In this document: positions 1-11,889 of the stretch, piece by piece
How the letters are laid out: the number at the start of each line of letters is the position of its first letter
Numbering within the stretch: the first letter of the stretch is position 1
Origin: Mariprofundaceae bacterium
Lineage (GTDB): Bacteria; Pseudomonadota; Zetaproteobacteria; Mariprofundales; Mariprofundaceae
Direction of reading: 5' to 3'
DNA length: 58,113 bases
NCBI GenBank assembly: GCA_015488375.1
Contig: WFNX01000079.1
Span: 1 to 58,113 of the forward strand
Made by a program: the position numbers and the translations under genes
The notes under the pieces: generated by a model
Database searches by the model: none
What the model saw: the letters and a program-made list of their open reading frames with translations, nothing else
What the model was told of the DNA's origin: nothing

Positions 1-1911
1 ATCGTAACCACTCTGCGCCTGAATCACCCTGCCTTCAATTCTGGGGGCCAGCACAAAATCATCCTCGCTGCCCAGCGACATAAAGCCGGAGGCCGAGGCA
101 AACAGTTCGCGAAAATGATTCTGTCCGCCAACACCGGCATAGGTAAAGCCGAGCTGATCAAAGGTGCCACTGGTCGGTGCCAGCGTTGAATTCCGCGTAT
201 CATAACTGATCGTCTGGGAAATCGAGCCGGTTGTCTGCCGTCCCTTCTGCGCCTGCAGTACAATCGAGGCATTGGCCGGAATATTCTTCAGGTTTGTAAC
301 ATCATAGCTGTAACCGATATGATAACGCAGATATTCCGTCAGCGGGATGCCGAAACTGACACTGCCCCCCGCGGTTACCGAATCATAGCTGGTAAACTGC
401 TGCGTAGAAGTGTCGTGGCGATAACCTGACAGCGTGGCAGCAATATCCTGACCGAAAAAATACGGGTCCGTCAGCGCAAGCTGGAAATTCTTTGTTTTGG
501 CGCCGAAGGTACCATTCAGATCCGCCTGATAGCCCGATCCAAGAACATTCTTTTCATTATATTTTCCCTGGATAAACACTTTCTCTACCTGGGAATAGCC
601 GACACCAAAAGAAATCGAGCCGCTTTTCTTTTCAGTAATATCCAGGCGCATTTTCGTCTTTTTATCAGACGAGCCCTTGGGCAGGGCGACGCGCACACCC
701 TCAACAAACGCCAGGCGCTTCAAACGTTCCTTGCTGCGCTTGACCTTGCTCGCCGCATAACGTGCACCTTCATCCTGCCGCAACTCACGGCGCAATACTT
801 CATCGTTGGTTTTTTCATTGCCGGCAATATCGATACGCTCGACATAGACCTCTCGCCCCTTTTCAATATCAAAGGTGATATCCACGATATTGCGATCCAG
901 ATCGCGCTTGAACAGAGGCGTCACCGTTGCATAGGCATAGCCATAATCACCGACGGTTTCCGACAGGTTGTTAATCGTTTTACGCAGGTCCTTCAGGGAA
1001 TAGACATCGCCGCTCTCCATAACCAGCTGTTCCTGCAATGTCTGCTGGTCCGGAACCATGTCCCCCTGCAATCGAATCTCACCCAGCGTATAGCGCGGGC
1101 CTTCATGAATCGAATAGGAGATATCGAACCCTTGCTTGTCATGCGACAGGCTCGTGGAAGTGGACTCCACCCGGGCATCCAGAAAGCCTTCATTTTGATA
1201 ATACTGTTCAATCATCTGCACATCGCCGGCCACGCGCTTGCGATCAAAAACATCACGATCCGTAATCCAGGTCGCCAGACTCATTTCGGAAGATGCAATG
1301 CGGGAACGAAGTTCCTCATCCGAGACCTGCTGATTGCCGATGAAACGAATGCGCCGGATATGCGTCTTGTCGCCCTCATCGATATTGATGGTTACGTTAA
1401 CGCGGCCATTATCCGCCGGCTCCGCACTGATGTTCACGGCAACCTGATAGTAACCTTTTTTCAGATAGCCCTTACGAATGGTATTGATATCCGCCTTGCG
1501 ATTGGGCGGATTATAAATCTGCCCTGTTTTCAGTTTCAGGCGCATATTCAGATCCTTGGTCGTCACCTCTTCATTGCCGATGACATCAACCTTGGCAATC
1601 AGCGGGTATTCCTTGACAATGTATTCCAGTACGACGCCGTTCGCCTGGCGATGCCCCTCGACATGAACATCGGAAAAAAAACCGCTGTTGAAAATATTTT
1701 TTACATCCTTGCTGATCGCCTTGCGATTGAGGAAATCCCCCTTCCGAATGCTGATCCGGTCCAGCACGGTCTCCTTCTCGATATATTGATTGCCACTAAT
1801 CCTGATATCCAGCACGCGCAACTGTGCCATGCTGTCCGCAGCCAGAGCGGAACCGGCAAGGAACAGCATCAACAATGTGGCCGGCAATAATACCCATCTA
1901 TGTTTTCTCAT
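1..1911 (-). CDS. bamA: Outer membrane protein assembly factor BamA, 3'-truncated by the window edge (first 637 codons present)
   Basis: Absent from the ORF track because the frame has no stop inside the window. My reverse-strand translation from the ATG at 1911 gives MRKHRWVLLPATLLMLFLAGSALAADS (signal peptide), then POTRA-like text (ISGNQYIEKETVLDRISIRKGDF...), open to position 1. It lies directly downstream of rseP, as in the conserved dxr-cdsA-rseP-bamA cluster. Confidence 0.85.
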   Translation of the reverse strand, partial: MRKHRWVLLPATLLMLFLAGSALAADSMAQLRVLDIRISGNQYIEKETVLDRISIRKGDFLNRKAISKDVKNIFNSGFFSDVHVEGHRQANGVVLEYIVKEYPLIAKVDVIGNEEVTTKDLNMRLKLKTGQIYNPPNRKADINTIRKGYLKKGYYQVAVNISAEPADNGRVNVTINIDEGDKTHIRRIRFIGNQQVSDEELRSRIASSEMSLATWITDRDVFDRKRVAGDVQMIEQYYQNEGFLDARVESTSTSLSHDKQGFDISYSIHEGPRYTLGEIRLQGDMVPDQQTLQEQLVMESGDVYSLKDLRKTINNLSETVGDYGYAYATVTPLFKRDLDRNIVDITFDIEKGREVYVERIDIAGNEKTNDEVLRRELRQDEGARYAASKVKRSKERLKRLAFVEGVRVALPKGSSDKKTKMRLDITEKKSGSISFGVGYSQVEKVFIQGKYNEKNVLGSGYQADLNGTFGAKTKNFQLALTDPYFFGQDIAATLSGYRHDTSTQQFTSYDSVTAGGSVSFGIPLTEYLRYHIGYSYDVTNLKNIPANASIVLQAQKGRQTTGSISQTISYDTRNSTLAPTSGTFDQLGFTYAGVGGQNHFRELFASASGFMSLGSEDDFVLAPRIEGRVIQAQSGYD

Positions 1912-1920
1912 TCAGTATTC

Positions 1921-3276
1921 CTATCCTCTGAACAAACGTGCCAGATCATTATAAAAGGCAAATATCATCAATGCAGCGATCATAAAAACCCCGATTGCCT
2001 GCGTCCACTCCATAACGCGGGTCGATAATGGCTTTCCCCTGACCTTTTCGATCGCCAAGTATAGCAGATGCCCGCCATCAAGCACCGGAACCGGCAACAG
2101 ATTCAGCACGGCGAGATTAACGGAAATCAGCGCAAGAAACGACAAAAAGGAAATCATGCCCAGTTGCGCCGTTTTGCCTGCCAGCTGGGCAATGGCAATG
2201 GGACCGCCGAGATTTTCGGCTGAAATGGATGAAGAAATCATCTTTCCGATAACCTGCAGGGTCATCGTTGTCATTTCCCATGTACGTTCAAAGCCGTACA
2301 CAATCCCCGACAGCATGCCCATGTGATAGATTTCCGGCTCGTAATTGGCGCGTGCGGAAAGGCGCACACCAATCCGCACATGGCCCTTGTCATCTTCCCT
2401 TGGCGCAATACTGAAGCGCAATCTGGTATTATTGCGCTGTACGCCGATCGACACCGGATTTCCCTTATGCGACTGAATGATATGAATAAACTTGCGGATA
2501 TTATTGACCGGGAGCCCCTCCACCTCACGGATAATATCCCCGTCATGTAAACCCGCGTCGGCAGCAGGCGTATTCGGCATAACCGCATCGACAAGCAGCT
2601 GCACATCCGGGCTGATGCCCAGCAGTTCATCCGCAACATTCACCATCATCGAATCCTGTTCCGTCTGCGGCAGCGATAGCCGAAAGCGCTGTCGCGCCTC
2701 ATCCCGTCGCACTTCTATCAGCACGGTATGCCCGACTGACTGTTTCAGCGCTTCTTCCATTTCCTGCCACGAATGCACCGTACGATCATTGATACGCAGC
2801 ACCCGGTCACCCGACTGAATCCCCACCGCCTGGGCGCGTGAAGCCTGATAGACCTCACCCACAACCGGCGGAACCACTTCCTGCCCGACCCAGGCAATGA
2901 TGATATAGGCGACAATGGCAAACAGAAAATTGAACAGCGGTCCGGCTGCAGCAATCGCGGCTCTCACCCAAACAGGTTGCGCATCAAAGGCCCGCCTGCG
3001 ATCCTGTTCACTGATGGAGGATGCCTGCGCTGCCAGGTCAGCGGCATTCTCACCAAACATTTTAACATAACCGCCTAAAGGAATGGCGGCGATAACATAG
3101 GTCACCTCACCATCCCGGCTCTGCCATGAAAACAGCGCCGGACCGAAGCCAATGGAAAACTTTTCCACCTTAACGCCGAGCTTTCTGGCTACGATAAAAT
3201 GACCATATTCATGAACTGCAATCAGGGTGGCAATGGCCACGATGAATGCCAGTGCGGTATGGAGGATTTCAGGCAT
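1921..3276 (-). CDS. rseP: RIP zinc metalloprotease RseP (site-2 protease)
   Basis: The HEYGHF zinc motif sits near the N-terminus, with PDZ-like middle and LDGG motif at the C-terminus. The start is trimmed to MPEILHTALAFIV (M22 of track ORF 1921..3339), giving an 8-nt overlap with the dxr stop. Confidence 0.9.
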   Translation of the reverse strand: MPEILHTALAFIVAIATLIAVHEYGHFIVARKLGVKVEKFSIGFGPALFSWQSRDGEVTYVIAAIPLGGYVKMFGENAADLAAQASSISEQDRRRAFDAQPVWVRAAIAAAGPLFNFLFAIVAYIIIAWVGQEVVPPVVGEVYQASRAQAVGIQSGDRVLRINDRTVHSWQEMEEALKQSVGHTVLIEVRRDEARQRFRLSLPQTEQDSMMVNVADELLGISPDVQLLVDAVMPNTPAADAGLHDGDIIREVEGLPVNNIRKFIHIIQSHKGNPVSIGVQRNNTRLRFSIAPREDDKGHVRIGVRLSARANYEPEIYHMGMLSGIVYGFERTWEMTTMTLQVIGKMISSSISAENLGGPIAIAQLAGKTAQLGMISFLSFLALISVNLAVLNLLPVPVLDGGHLLYLAIEKVRGKPLSTRVMEWTQAIGVFMIAALMIFAFYNDLARLFRG

Positions 3277-4417
3277 TCGTGATGATCTCCTGTGCACGCC
3301 TTCTGGCTTCCGCATCCAGTTGCCACACCTGCTGCACATCGGAAACGTTTAAAGAGTCTGTTTTTTCAAGCACTTGTTCCACTATTCTGACAATATCCAT
3401 GAAGCCGATCCTGAGTTCCCTGAATGCCTCATTGGCCACCTCGTTGGCGGCATTGAAGGCAATTGCGAGAGAATCATCGCCATGCAATACCGTGGCAACC
3501 AGGCGCATGGCCGGGAAACGACGGGGATCTACTGCCTGAAAATTCAGCTGTCCCAGTTCAGTCAGATCAAGACCGGCAATTCCCGACTCCATTCGCGGTG
3601 AACATTGCAGCGCATAGGCAATCGGCATACGCATATCCGGCATTGCCAGCTGCGCCAGCACGGAGCCATCGACGTATTCCACCATGGCATGAACAATACT
3701 CTCCGGGTGGATAATCGCATCCAGCCTGGCAGGGTCAATATTGAATAACCAGCGTGCTTCAATCAGTTCCAGTGCCTTGTTCATCATGGTCGCAGAATCA
3801 ACGCTGATTTTTGCTCCCATATTCCAGTTGGGGTGGGCCACAGCCTCTGCCGGCGTGACATGCTGCAGGCTTTCCGGGTCTCTGTCCCTAAAAGGTCCGC
3901 CGGATGCAGTCAGCGTAATCCGCGCCACTGAAGCCCTGTCATGCCCGGCCAGGGCCTGATGTACAGCCGCATGTTCCGAATCGACCGGAACAATTTCCGC
4001 ACCATGCCTTTGTGCCTGCTGCATGAAAATTCTGCCCGCGGTGACCAGACACTCCTTGTTTGCCAGCGCCACCCGTTTGCCGGAGCGTACGGCGGACAAC
4101 GCCGCAGGCAATCCTGCTGCCCCCACCATCGCTGCCACGACAATATCCACCCGGGGGGCGGCCGCAACTTCAATGGCGGCCTCCATTCCGGCGCGAATAT
4201 CCTGCTCCGGTAACTGCTCACGTAACTTCTTTGCCGCCGCTTCATCTGTCATTACCACAATATCCGGTCGCAGGCGGCCGACCAGTCCGACCATTTGTTG
4301 CACATTGCGATGGCCGACCAGCGCATAGCTATGGAATGCATGCGCATGCCGGGCCATGACATCAGCCGTACTCAACCCGATGGAACCGGTCGCACCAAGG
4401 ATGACTACCTGTTTCAT
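3269..4417 (-). CDS. dxr: 1-deoxy-D-xylulose 5-phosphate reductoisomerase
   Basis: N-terminal LGATGSIG NADPH motif and conserved synteny. The start is trimmed to MKQVVILGATG. Confidence 0.93.
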   Translation of the reverse strand: MKQVVILGATGSIGLSTADVMARHAHAFHSYALVGHRNVQQMVGLVGRLRPDIVVMTDEAAAKKLREQLPEQDIRAGMEAAIEVAAAPRVDIVVAAMVGAAGLPAALSAVRSGKRVALANKECLVTAGRIFMQQAQRHGAEIVPVDSEHAAVHQALAGHDRASVARITLTASGGPFRDRDPESLQHVTPAEAVAHPNWNMGAKISVDSATMMNKALELIEARWLFNIDPARLDAIIHPESIVHAMVEYVDGSVLAQLAMPDMRMPIAYALQCSPRMESGIAGLDLTELGQLNFQAVDPRRFPAMRLVATVLHGDDSLAIAFNAANEVANEAFRELRIGFMDIVRIVEQVLEKTDSLNVSDVQQVWQLDAEARRRAQEIITNA

Positions 4418-5190
4418 AAATAACCCCAAACGATATAGGCAACCGGCACGGCAATAACAATGGCATCGATACGATCCAGAATCCCCCCGTGCCCGGGTAA
4501 AATTGAGCCGCTATCCTTGACATTCAGCATACGTTTCAATGCGGATTCGGCCAGATCACCGAGAACGCCGGCCATAACCGCAAACAAGGCCAGCAGAATC
4601 GCCCATGGCCATGTCATAACCTGCCAATAAAGCAGTAATGAAACCATGATCAATGTACCGAAAACCAGGCCTCCAGCCAGCCCTTCCACCGATTTACCGG
4701 GACTGATGTGCGGACAAAGCTTGAGTTTACCCCATTGCCGGCCAACGAAATAGGCCGCAATATCCGCAGCCCATACGCCAAAGCAAACTGCTGCAATAAA
4801 ACGGGAATGATCCGCGATGCCATGGGCAACAACAATCACCCAGCTAAATATCAGCAGCCATGCCGCCATCCAGCAGGCGGCAAGAAATGACGAAAAATCC
4901 GCTGCTGTGATGCGGCTGCTGCCTACAAAAATCCCCAGCCAGCCAAGCAGTAACGGCAACAGCCATGCCGGACTGCCCCCGGCGGCCACAAGCAAAAAAA
5001 CGGGAGCGGCAGTAAACAGATAGACCCTGCCCCAGGGCAGGCGCACCAGCCGCAGCAGTTCATCAACCGCCAGCAACATCACCAGGGCCTGCAACCAGCC
5101 AAACCAGGGCGATGGCAGATAAAGGTACCAACCGGCAACGACAAGCAGCAGCAGCAGTGCTGTCAGTACCCTGCGATATAATTCACTCAT
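4414..5190 (-). CDS. cdsA: Phosphatidate cytidylyltransferase
   Basis: Polytopic membrane protein with a C-terminal GHGGILDRIDA signature. It has 4-nt overlaps with both neighbours. Confidence 0.9.
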   Translation of the reverse strand: MSELYRRVLTALLLLLVVAGWYLYLPSPWFGWLQALVMLLAVDELLRLVRLPWGRVYLFTAAPVFLLVAAGGSPAWLLPLLLGWLGIFVGSSRITAADFSSFLAACWMAAWLLIFSWVIVVAHGIADHSRFIAAVCFGVWAADIAAYFVGRQWGKLKLCPHISPGKSVEGLAGGLVFGTLIMVSLLLYWQVMTWPWAILLALFAVMAGVLGDLAESALKRMLNVKDSGSILPGHGGILDRIDAIVIAVPVAYIVWGYL

Positions 5191-5939
5191 GAAGCAATTT
5201 GCTCACTGACCAGCCCGAAACGACGTTCACGCTCCGCATATTCCTGCAGTGCCGAAATAAAGTCAGCCTGGCTGAAGTCCGGCCAGAATACATCCAGAAA
5301 ACACAATTCGGCATAGGCCGCATCCCATAAATGGAAATTTGAAATCCGTTTTTCACCACCGGTACGGATAATCAGATCGACGGGCGAAATATTCGCTCGC
5401 CACAGCTGATCACGGAAGCGATGAACATCCAGCTGATCCACGGCCGCCTCCGGATCCGGTTGCTGCAGAGCCCAGCGCAATGCCTGCCGAACACCGGCCA
5501 CGATTTCCTGCTGTCCGCCATAACTCAGACACAGGATCAGATCGATCCGCTCGCCTGCGGACGTCTTTTCGCAAGCGGTCTGCACGGCTTTTTTTGCATC
5601 GTCCGGCAGACTGGCGATATCACCCAGCAGGCGCAGGCGCACACCCTGCTGCAACAGCTCCGGAAGCATGCTCCTGGCCATCATGGACAACAGCTGCATC
5701 AGGCCGCGTACTTCGTAACCCGGCCTGTCCCAGTTTTCTGTTGAGAATGCATATAATGAAAGCTGGCGAACCCCTGCATCGATCGCCCATTTGACCACAT
5801 CACGTACGCGCTTTGCGCCCTGCCGATGGCCTTCGATACGCGGCATCCCCCTGCTTTTTGCCCAGCGACCATTGCCATCCATGATGATGCCAACATGGCG
5901 GGGAACAGCCTTAAGCTGAAGCAAGGAGGGTGGCAACAT
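5187..5939 (-). CDS. uppS: Undecaprenyl diphosphate synthase
   Basis: IIMDGNGRWA motif and ERRFG near the C-terminus. Confidence 0.93.
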   Translation of the reverse strand: MLPPSLLQLKAVPRHVGIIMDGNGRWAKSRGMPRIEGHRQGAKRVRDVVKWAIDAGVRQLSLYAFSTENWDRPGYEVRGLMQLLSMMARSMLPELLQQGVRLRLLGDIASLPDDAKKAVQTACEKTSAGERIDLILCLSYGGQQEIVAGVRQALRWALQQPDPEAAVDQLDVHRFRDQLWRANISPVDLIIRTGGEKRISNFHLWDAAYAELCFLDVFWPDFSQADFISALQEYAERERRFGLVSEQIAS

Positions 5940-6484
5940 TAAACCGTAAGAATGTCTTTTTCTTTATGCTCGACGATCGAATCTACTTCAGCAATAAACT
6001 TGTCTGTCGTTTTCTGAATGGCTTCCTGCAAACGCTTGCTTTCATCCTCGGAAAGGCCTTCATCCCTGGCTTGCTTCCTGACCGCGTCATTGGCATCGCG
6101 ACGAATATTGCGAATGGATATTTTTGCTTTTTCACCCACGGCCCTGACCTGTTTCACCAGTTCCTTGCGTCGCTCTTCCGTTAATTCCGGCATCACGATA
6201 CGCACGACCTCACCGTCATTGGAAGGATTGATGCCAAGATCTGAAGACTGAATCGCCTTTTCAATGGCTCCCAGCAGGCTTTTCTCCCATGGAGCAATCA
6301 CCAGCATTCGCGGTTCCGGCACACTGATATTCCCGACCTGATTCAATGGCACCATCGACCCGTAATATTCAACGCGCACATGGTCCAGCAATGCCGCATT
6401 TGCCCTTCCGGTACGAATCGTTGCCAATTCCGAGCGCAAGGCCTGAATGGATTTTTCCATGCGTGCTTGAAGCTGATCAGCCAT
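5939..6484 (-). CDS. frr: Ribosome recycling factor
   Basis: [28 protein letters not shown] is a typical Frr N-terminus. The start is chosen at the ATG 5 nt after AGGA; the ATG at 6490 is an alternative. Confidence 0.92.
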   Translation of the reverse strand: MADQLQARMEKSIQALRSELATIRTGRANAALLDHVRVEYYGSMVPLNQVGNISVPEPRMLVIAPWEKSLLGAIEKAIQSSDLGINPSNDGEVVRIVMPELTEERRKELVKQVRAVGEKAKISIRNIRRDANDAVRKQARDEGLSEDESKRLQEAIQKTTDKFIAEVDSIVEHKEKDILTV

Positions 6485-7232
6485 CTTCATCCTCCCTGAC
6501 AATTGTACCCACCTGTTCACCGGACACGGCGCGCAGCATCTCACCGGGACGCGTTACGTCAAAAACAATCACCGGCATCCCGTTGTCCCGACATAATGAC
6601 ATGGCCGTCGCATCCATGACGCCCAGACGTTTTTCCAGTGCTTCGCTGAATGTCAGCGTATGATAGCGCCGGGCATCCGCGTGTTTTTTCGGATCAGCTG
6701 TATAAACGCCATCGACTTTCGTGCCCTTGAGAACCGCATCAGCCTGAATTTCCATGGCGCGCAGGCTGGCCGCCGTGTCAGTCGTGAAGTATGGGTTTCC
6801 TGTACCGGCAGCAAAAATGAGAATGCGTCCCTTCTCCAGATGACGCACCGCCCGGCGGCGAATATACGGCTCGGCCACTTCACGGATGTGCAGTGCCGAG
6901 ATGACACGCACAAACTCACCCTGCTGTTCGATCGCATCCTGCAAGGCAATTGCATTCATGACCGTCGCAAGCATGCCCATATAATCAGCACTGGCACGAT
7001 CCATACCCGATGCCGTGCCGCTCATGCCACGAAAAATATTGCCTCCGCCAATAACAACGGCCAGCTCAACGCCGGAGCGTTTTACGCGGATCAATTCACC
7101 GGCAATGCGTCTGATCGTATCAGTATCGATTCCAAATGCCGATGTTCCCATCAGCACTTCTCCGGAAAGCTTCAGCAATACCCGCCCGAACTTTCCGCGA
7201 ACAGCGCCTGCCGGTGCCTGATCCATTGGCAT
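6477..7232 (-). CDS. pyrH: UMP kinase
   Basis: RVLLKLSGE and [11 protein letters not shown] motifs. Confidence 0.95.
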   Translation of the reverse strand: MPMDQAPAGAVRGKFGRVLLKLSGEVLMGTSAFGIDTDTIRRIAGELIRVKRSGVELAVVIGGGNIFRGMSGTASGMDRASADYMGMLATVMNAIALQDAIEQQGEFVRVISALHIREVAEPYIRRRAVRHLEKGRILIFAAGTGNPYFTTDTAASLRAMEIQADAVLKGTKVDGVYTADPKKHADARRYHTLTFSEALEKRLGVMDATAMSLCRDNGMPVIVFDVTRPGEMLRAVSGEQVGTIVREDEDG

Positions 7233-8107
7233 CAGCCCTTGATCTGGGCTGCAACCTCGGCAGCAAAATCCTCTTCTTTCTTTTCGATGCCTTCACCCAG
7301 GGCGAAACGGCTCATGGCAACCACTGTTGCATCACCGAGCGCCTTGCCGACCGTCTGGTCGGTATCCATGACGAACGCCTGTTCCAGCAGACAGATTTCG
7401 GAATAGAATTTATTCAGCTGTCCTGCAACAATCTTCTCAACAATGGCTTCCGGCTTGCCACTGGCCACTGCACGCTCGGTCAGCACTGCCTTCTCGCGGT
7501 CAACCACGCTGGCATCCACATCTTCACGCCGGATAAACTGCGGATTCGCCGCGGCCACATGCATGGCCACGCCACGCGCCAGATCGGCATCCACCGCACC
7601 TTCAATGGCGACGAGCACGCCGATTTTCCCTGCTCCATGGATATATGCAGCAACCTGACCTTCACCAACCTCGGCATACTGAAAGCGGCGAATCGTCATG
7701 TTTTCACCAATGGTGGCAATCAATTGAGCCAATGCCTGCTCAACCGTACGCTCGTCATCAAACGGCAATGCCTTGAGCGCATCAACATCCGCCGGCCTGT
7801 GCTGCAGAATAATATCAGCAACAGCATCAACAAAACCCTTGAACTGCTCGTTTTTACTCACGAAATCGGTTTCGGAATTGACTTCAACAACCACGCCGGC
7901 CTGGCCTGTGGACTTGGCCAGAACAATGCCTTCAGCGGCCACGCGTCCCGCTTTTTTGGATGCAGCCGCCAGGCCTTTCTTGCGCAGAAAATCTACTGCG
8001 GCATCCAGATCGCCGCCGGTTTCCGCCAGGGCCTTCTTGCAATCCATCATCCCGGCACCGCTGATTTCGCGGAGTTTTTTAACATCTGCAGCCGTAATTT
8101 GGCTCAT
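7232..8107 (-). CDS. tsf: Elongation factor Ts
   Basis: [24 protein letters not shown] is the canonical EF-Ts N-terminal UBA-like domain. Confidence 0.95.
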   Translation of the reverse strand: MSQITAADVKKLREISGAGMMDCKKALAETGGDLDAAVDFLRKKGLAAASKKAGRVAAEGIVLAKSTGQAGVVVEVNSETDFVSKNEQFKGFVDAVADIILQHRPADVDALKALPFDDERTVEQALAQLIATIGENMTIRRFQYAEVGEGQVAAYIHGAGKIGVLVAIEGAVDADLARGVAMHVAAANPQFIRREDVDASVVDREKAVLTERAVASGKPEAIVEKIVAGQLNKFYSEICLLEQAFVMDTDQTVGKALGDATVVAMSRFALGEGIEKKEEDFAAEVAAQIKG

Positions 8108-8147
8108 CTCATATCCTCCAGATTGTTTTTAATTTGTTTTACAGCGC

Positions 8148-8945
8148 TCAGGCTGCGGCTCCGGCTTCGCCCTCAGTCGCCTCTCCTGCGGAGGCATCTT
8201 CTGCCGACTGACTGGCCATCGCTTCAACCAGATCCTCGCCATCTTCCGCATTTTCCAGCGTCCAGGTTTCCGTGCCTTCCAGCAGCGCATCGGCAATCTT
8301 CGTACAGAACAGACGCACGGCCCGAATGGCATCATCATTGCCCGGGATCACATAATCGATATTGCTCGGATCGCAGTTACTGTCCACAACGGCCACCACC
8401 GGGATACCCAGCTTCTGGGCTTCCTTCACGGCCAGTTCTTCCTTGCGCACATCAATCACGAACAGACAGTCCGGCAGGCTGATCATATCCTTGATACCGC
8501 CCAGCGAGCGCTCGAGCTTGTCCAGTTCACGCTGCAACTGCAACGCTTCTTTCTTGGTCAGCAGCTCAAAAACGCCCTCTTCCTTTTTGCGCTGCAAATC
8601 CTTCATCTTGCGTACCGACTGCTGCACGGTGGCGAAATTGGTCAGCGTACCGCCCAGCCAGCGATGATTGACATAAAACTGCCCTGCGCGCAGCGCCTCT
8701 TCCTTGACCGCATCGCGTGCCTGACGCTTGGTGCCGACAAACAGCACCCGACCACCGGCGGCTGCCAGTTCATTCATAAATACATAGGCCTCATTGGCAA
8801 GGCGCAGGGTTTTCTGCAGATCGATAATATGGATTCCGTTACGGGAGCCGAAAATATACGGCGCCATTTTGGGATTCCAGCGACGGGTCTGATGACCGAA
8901 GTGAACACCTGCTTCCAGCAGTTGCTTCATGGTAAATTGTGACAT
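8148..8945 (-). CDS. rpsB: 30S ribosomal protein S2, with an acidic C-terminal tail
   Basis: [22 protein letters not shown] signature, and the rpsB-tsf pair. Confidence 0.97.
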   Translation of the reverse strand: MSQFTMKQLLEAGVHFGHQTRRWNPKMAPYIFGSRNGIHIIDLQKTLRLANEAYVFMNELAAAGGRVLFVGTKRQARDAVKEEALRAGQFYVNHRWLGGTLTNFATVQQSVRKMKDLQRKKEEGVFELLTKKEALQLQRELDKLERSLGGIKDMISLPDCLFVIDVRKEELAVKEAQKLGIPVVAVVDSNCDPSNIDYVIPGNDDAIRAVRLFCTKIADALLEGTETWTLENAEDGEDLVEAMASQSAEDASAGEATEGEAGAAA

Positions 8946-9091
8946 AATTCTTCCTCCAATTGTTTGCCTCCACTGCCTCGACCCTTTTCGGGCACAACGG
9001 ATTGACAGTGTGCGTGATGGCCTGCAGGCGGTTGCCTGCGAGCGGCGCGCTTTCTAACCAAAGCCCGGCACTTTGGCAAGCAATTTCGCAT

Positions 9092-9754
9092 TTACGGCAA
9101 CGGCATTGCCAGGTTAATCAGCCCCTCTGCCGACATCATAATCAGCGGCCCCAGCGTGTGTTGAAACACACCGCTGACCAGCAGCAGGATAATGATCAGA
9201 AAGCCATAGGGCTCGACACGCGACAAACGGTATGCCGCCCGGGCCGGCAACAATCCCACGGCCACGCGCCCGCCGTCCAGCGGCGGCAATGGCAACAGAT
9301 TGAAAATGCACAAAACCAGATTAATGAGGATGGAGGCCTGGCACATCAGCGCCAGCGGTTCGGCAACCCATATCATCGATGCAGGCAGGTGCACGGCCAG
9401 CCATAGCAACAATGTCGAGAAAACGGCCAGCAGGATATTCGTTACCGGTCCGGCCAGCGCTACCCAGACCATGTCCTGCTTTGGGCGGCGCAGTTTGCGA
9501 AAGTTCACCGGCACCGGCTTGGCATAACCAAATAAAAACGGTGAACCGACAATAATCAGCGCCAGCGGGATGATCACCGTCCCGACCGGATCGATATGTT
9601 TGAGCGGATTCAATGTCAGGCGCCCCATCCAGCGCGCCGTATCATCGCCCAGCCGATCCGCCACCCAGCCATGCGCCACTTCATGCAATACAACGGCCAG
9701 CACGACAGGCAGCGCCCAGATACTGATCCCCTGCATTATACTGTTGATATCCAT
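9092..9754 (-). CDS. Peptidase M50 / site-2 protease family membrane metalloprotease
   Basis: HEVAHG zinc motif in the first TM region, multiple TM helices and an NLLPLPPLDGG motif. Confidence 0.8.
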   Translation of the reverse strand: MDINSIMQGISIWALPVVLAVVLHEVAHGWVADRLGDDTARWMGRLTLNPLKHIDPVGTVIIPLALIIVGSPFLFGYAKPVPVNFRKLRRPKQDMVWVALAGPVTNILLAVFSTLLLWLAVHLPASMIWVAEPLALMCQASILINLVLCIFNLLPLPPLDGGRVAVGLLPARAAYRLSRVEPYGFLIIILLLVSGVFQHTLGPLIMMSAEGLINLAMPLP

Positions 9755-9764
9755 CCATGACTCC

Positions 9765-11762
9765 TCAAGAAGCTTCTTTCAGCGACTCATTTTCTTTCAA
9801 TTGAAGCAGTTCATCGCGATACTTCGCCGCATCCTCAAAGCGCAGATCGGCTGCGGCCTCCGCCATCAGGCGCTCCAGTTCCCCGATGCGCGCCTGTTTC
9901 GCCTTGCCGCTCAACTTTTCGGGCGCGGGTTCGGCGACTTCGGGAATATGGGCATAATCCATTTCGTAAATCGAGCCCAGAATATTCTTGATTTCCGAAC
10001 GCACGGTTTCGGGCGTAATGCCATGTCCCCGGTTATAGGCCAGCTGTTTTTCGCGCCGGCGTGAGGTTTCATCCATGGCCCGGCGCATCGAATCGGTGAT
10101 TTTATCAGCATAGAGGATCACCCGCCCCTCGGCATTGCGTGCGGCACGACCGATCGTCTGGATCAATGAACGTTCCGAACGCAGGAAGCCTTCCTTATCC
10201 GCATCGAAAATCGCAACCAGGGCGACTTCGGGAAGATCCAGCCCCTCGCGCAACAGATTGATACCGATCAGCACATCGAATTCACCCAACCGCAGATCGC
10301 GCAGGATTTCCATGCGTTCCACCGTATCGATATCGGAATGCAAATAACGCACTTTCATGCCGAGATCACTCAGGTATTCCGATAAATCCTCGGCCATGCG
10401 CTTGGTCAGACAGGTAGCCAGCACACGGAAGCCCTGCGCGATAACCTCATTGGCCGCCGAAACAAAATCATCAACCTGGGTGGCGGCAGGCCGCACATCC
10501 ACTTCGGGGTCAAGCAGACCCGTCGGACGAATCACCTGCTCCACGATGACGCCCTCGCTGTGCTCCAGTTCATAGGCTCCCGGTGTTGCCGACACATAAA
10601 TCACCTGCGGCACAATGGCCTCGAACTCGTGGAACTGCAGCGGCCTGTTATCCAGCGCGCTGGGCAAACGAAAGCCGAAATCCACCAGCGTCTGTTTACG
10701 GGAACGATCGCCCTTGAACATACCGCCGATCTGCGGCACGGTCACATGCGATTCATCAATCATGACCAGTGCATTATTGGGCAGATAGTCCAGCAATGTC
10801 GGTGGCGCCTCACCCGGGGCACGTCCGGTTAAATGACGGGAATAATTTTCCACGCCGGTGCAGTAACCCACTTCCTGAATCATTTCCAGATCGAAAATCG
10901 TGCGCTGTTCCAGCCGCTGTGCTTCCACCAGCTTGCCCTGATCATGCAATTCCGCCAGTCGCTCGGATAACTCCGTACGAATGGCTTCCATGGCACGCAG
11001 CAACTGCTCGCGCGGAGTGACAAAATGCGATTTCGGAAAGACCGTGTACTTGTGCAAAGCTTCCAGGCGCTTGCCTGTCAGCGGATCAAAACGGGAGATC
11101 GCATCAATTTCATCGCCGAAAAATTCAATGCGAATGGCAAAATCCTCGGCATGCGCCGGAAAAATTTCCAGCACATCACCACGCAGACGAAATGTACCAC
11201 GATGGAAATCCATTTCATTGCGCTGGTATTGCAACTCCACCAGTTTATTGATTGCCGCCCGCTGATCCAGTTCACGCCCGACCTCAAAGTACAGCAGCAT
11301 ATTGGCGTAGGCCTCCGGGCTTCCCAGGCCATAAATACAGGATACCGAGGCGACGATAATCACATCTTCGCGCTCCAGCAGCGCGCGCGTGGCGGCGTGA
11401 CGCATACGGTCAATATGTTCATTGATTGACGAATCTTTCTCGATATAGGTATCCGACTTCGGCACATAGGCCTCGGGCTGATAATAATCATAATACGAGA
11501 CAAAATATTCCACGGCATTATCCGGGAAAAACTGTTTGAATTCGCCGTATAATTGTGCGGCCAGTGTCTTGTTCGGCGCCAGAATCAGCGTCGGTTTCTG
11601 TGTTTGTTCGATCACGCAGGCCATCGTGTAGGTCTTGCCCGAGCCGGTCACACCCAGCAAAGTCTGATGCCGCCGCCCCTGCCGCACACCGGCCACAAGT
11701 TCAGCAATGGCCTGAGGCTGATCGCCCTGCGGAATAAAATTACCTGCCAGTCTAAATCGCAT
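9765..11762 (-). CDS. uvrB: Excinuclease ABC subunit B
   Basis: [10 protein letters not shown], Walker A GVTGSGKT and a C-terminal UVR domain ([11 protein letters not shown]). The start is placed at MRFRLAGNF by comparison with the remembered E. coli N-terminus. The upstream ATG at 11798 is possible, and neither start has a clear SD. Confidence 0.95.
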   Translation of the reverse strand: MRFRLAGNFIPQGDQPQAIAELVAGVRQGRRHQTLLGVTGSGKTYTMACVIEQTQKPTLILAPNKTLAAQLYGEFKQFFPDNAVEYFVSYYDYYQPEAYVPKSDTYIEKDSSINEHIDRMRHAATRALLEREDVIIVASVSCIYGLGSPEAYANMLLYFEVGRELDQRAAINKLVELQYQRNEMDFHRGTFRLRGDVLEIFPAHAEDFAIRIEFFGDEIDAISRFDPLTGKRLEALHKYTVFPKSHFVTPREQLLRAMEAIRTELSERLAELHDQGKLVEAQRLEQRTIFDLEMIQEVGYCTGVENYSRHLTGRAPGEAPPTLLDYLPNNALVMIDESHVTVPQIGGMFKGDRSRKQTLVDFGFRLPSALDNRPLQFHEFEAIVPQVIYVSATPGAYELEHSEGVIVEQVIRPTGLLDPEVDVRPAATQVDDFVSAANEVIAQGFRVLATCLTKRMAEDLSEYLSDLGMKVRYLHSDIDTVERMEILRDLRLGEFDVLIGINLLREGLDLPEVALVAIFDADKEGFLRSERSLIQTIGRAARNAEGRVILYADKITDSMRRAMDETSRRREKQLAYNRGHGITPETVRSEIKNILGSIYEMDYAHIPEVAEPAPEKLSGKAKQARIGELERLMAEAAADLRFEDAAKYRDELLQLKENESLKEAS

Positions 11763-11814
11763 CCGGCACATGCTAGCCGGATTTTTCACGAAGACCATGT
11801 AACAACCGGCGACA

Positions 11815-11845
11815 ATACAAAACGGGAGGCTGCCGCCTCCCGTTT
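11815..11845 (-). terminator. Rho-independent terminator after the His-rich mini-protein gene
   Basis: The minus-strand RNA forms AAACGGGAGGC-GGCA-GCCUCCCGUUU followed by UUUUGUAUU. Confidence 0.8.
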
Positions 11846-11889
11846 ATATCACAGCATCCGGCCATGGCGGCCGAATATCCAGTGTTAGC

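Noticed and set aside
1921-3339. N-terminal extensions of many track ORFs, including rseP, dxr, frr, uvrB, the PII gene at 17641, crcB, the FadL-like gene, pgpA (268 aa in the track), thiL, rdgC, alaS, recA, thpR and the YbiB-like gene.
   Set aside because: The track reports the longest ORF and also accepts GTG/TTG starts. Family N-termini, SD positions and neighbour-gene stops support the shorter starts given in the feature list, and the extensions overlap upstream genes.
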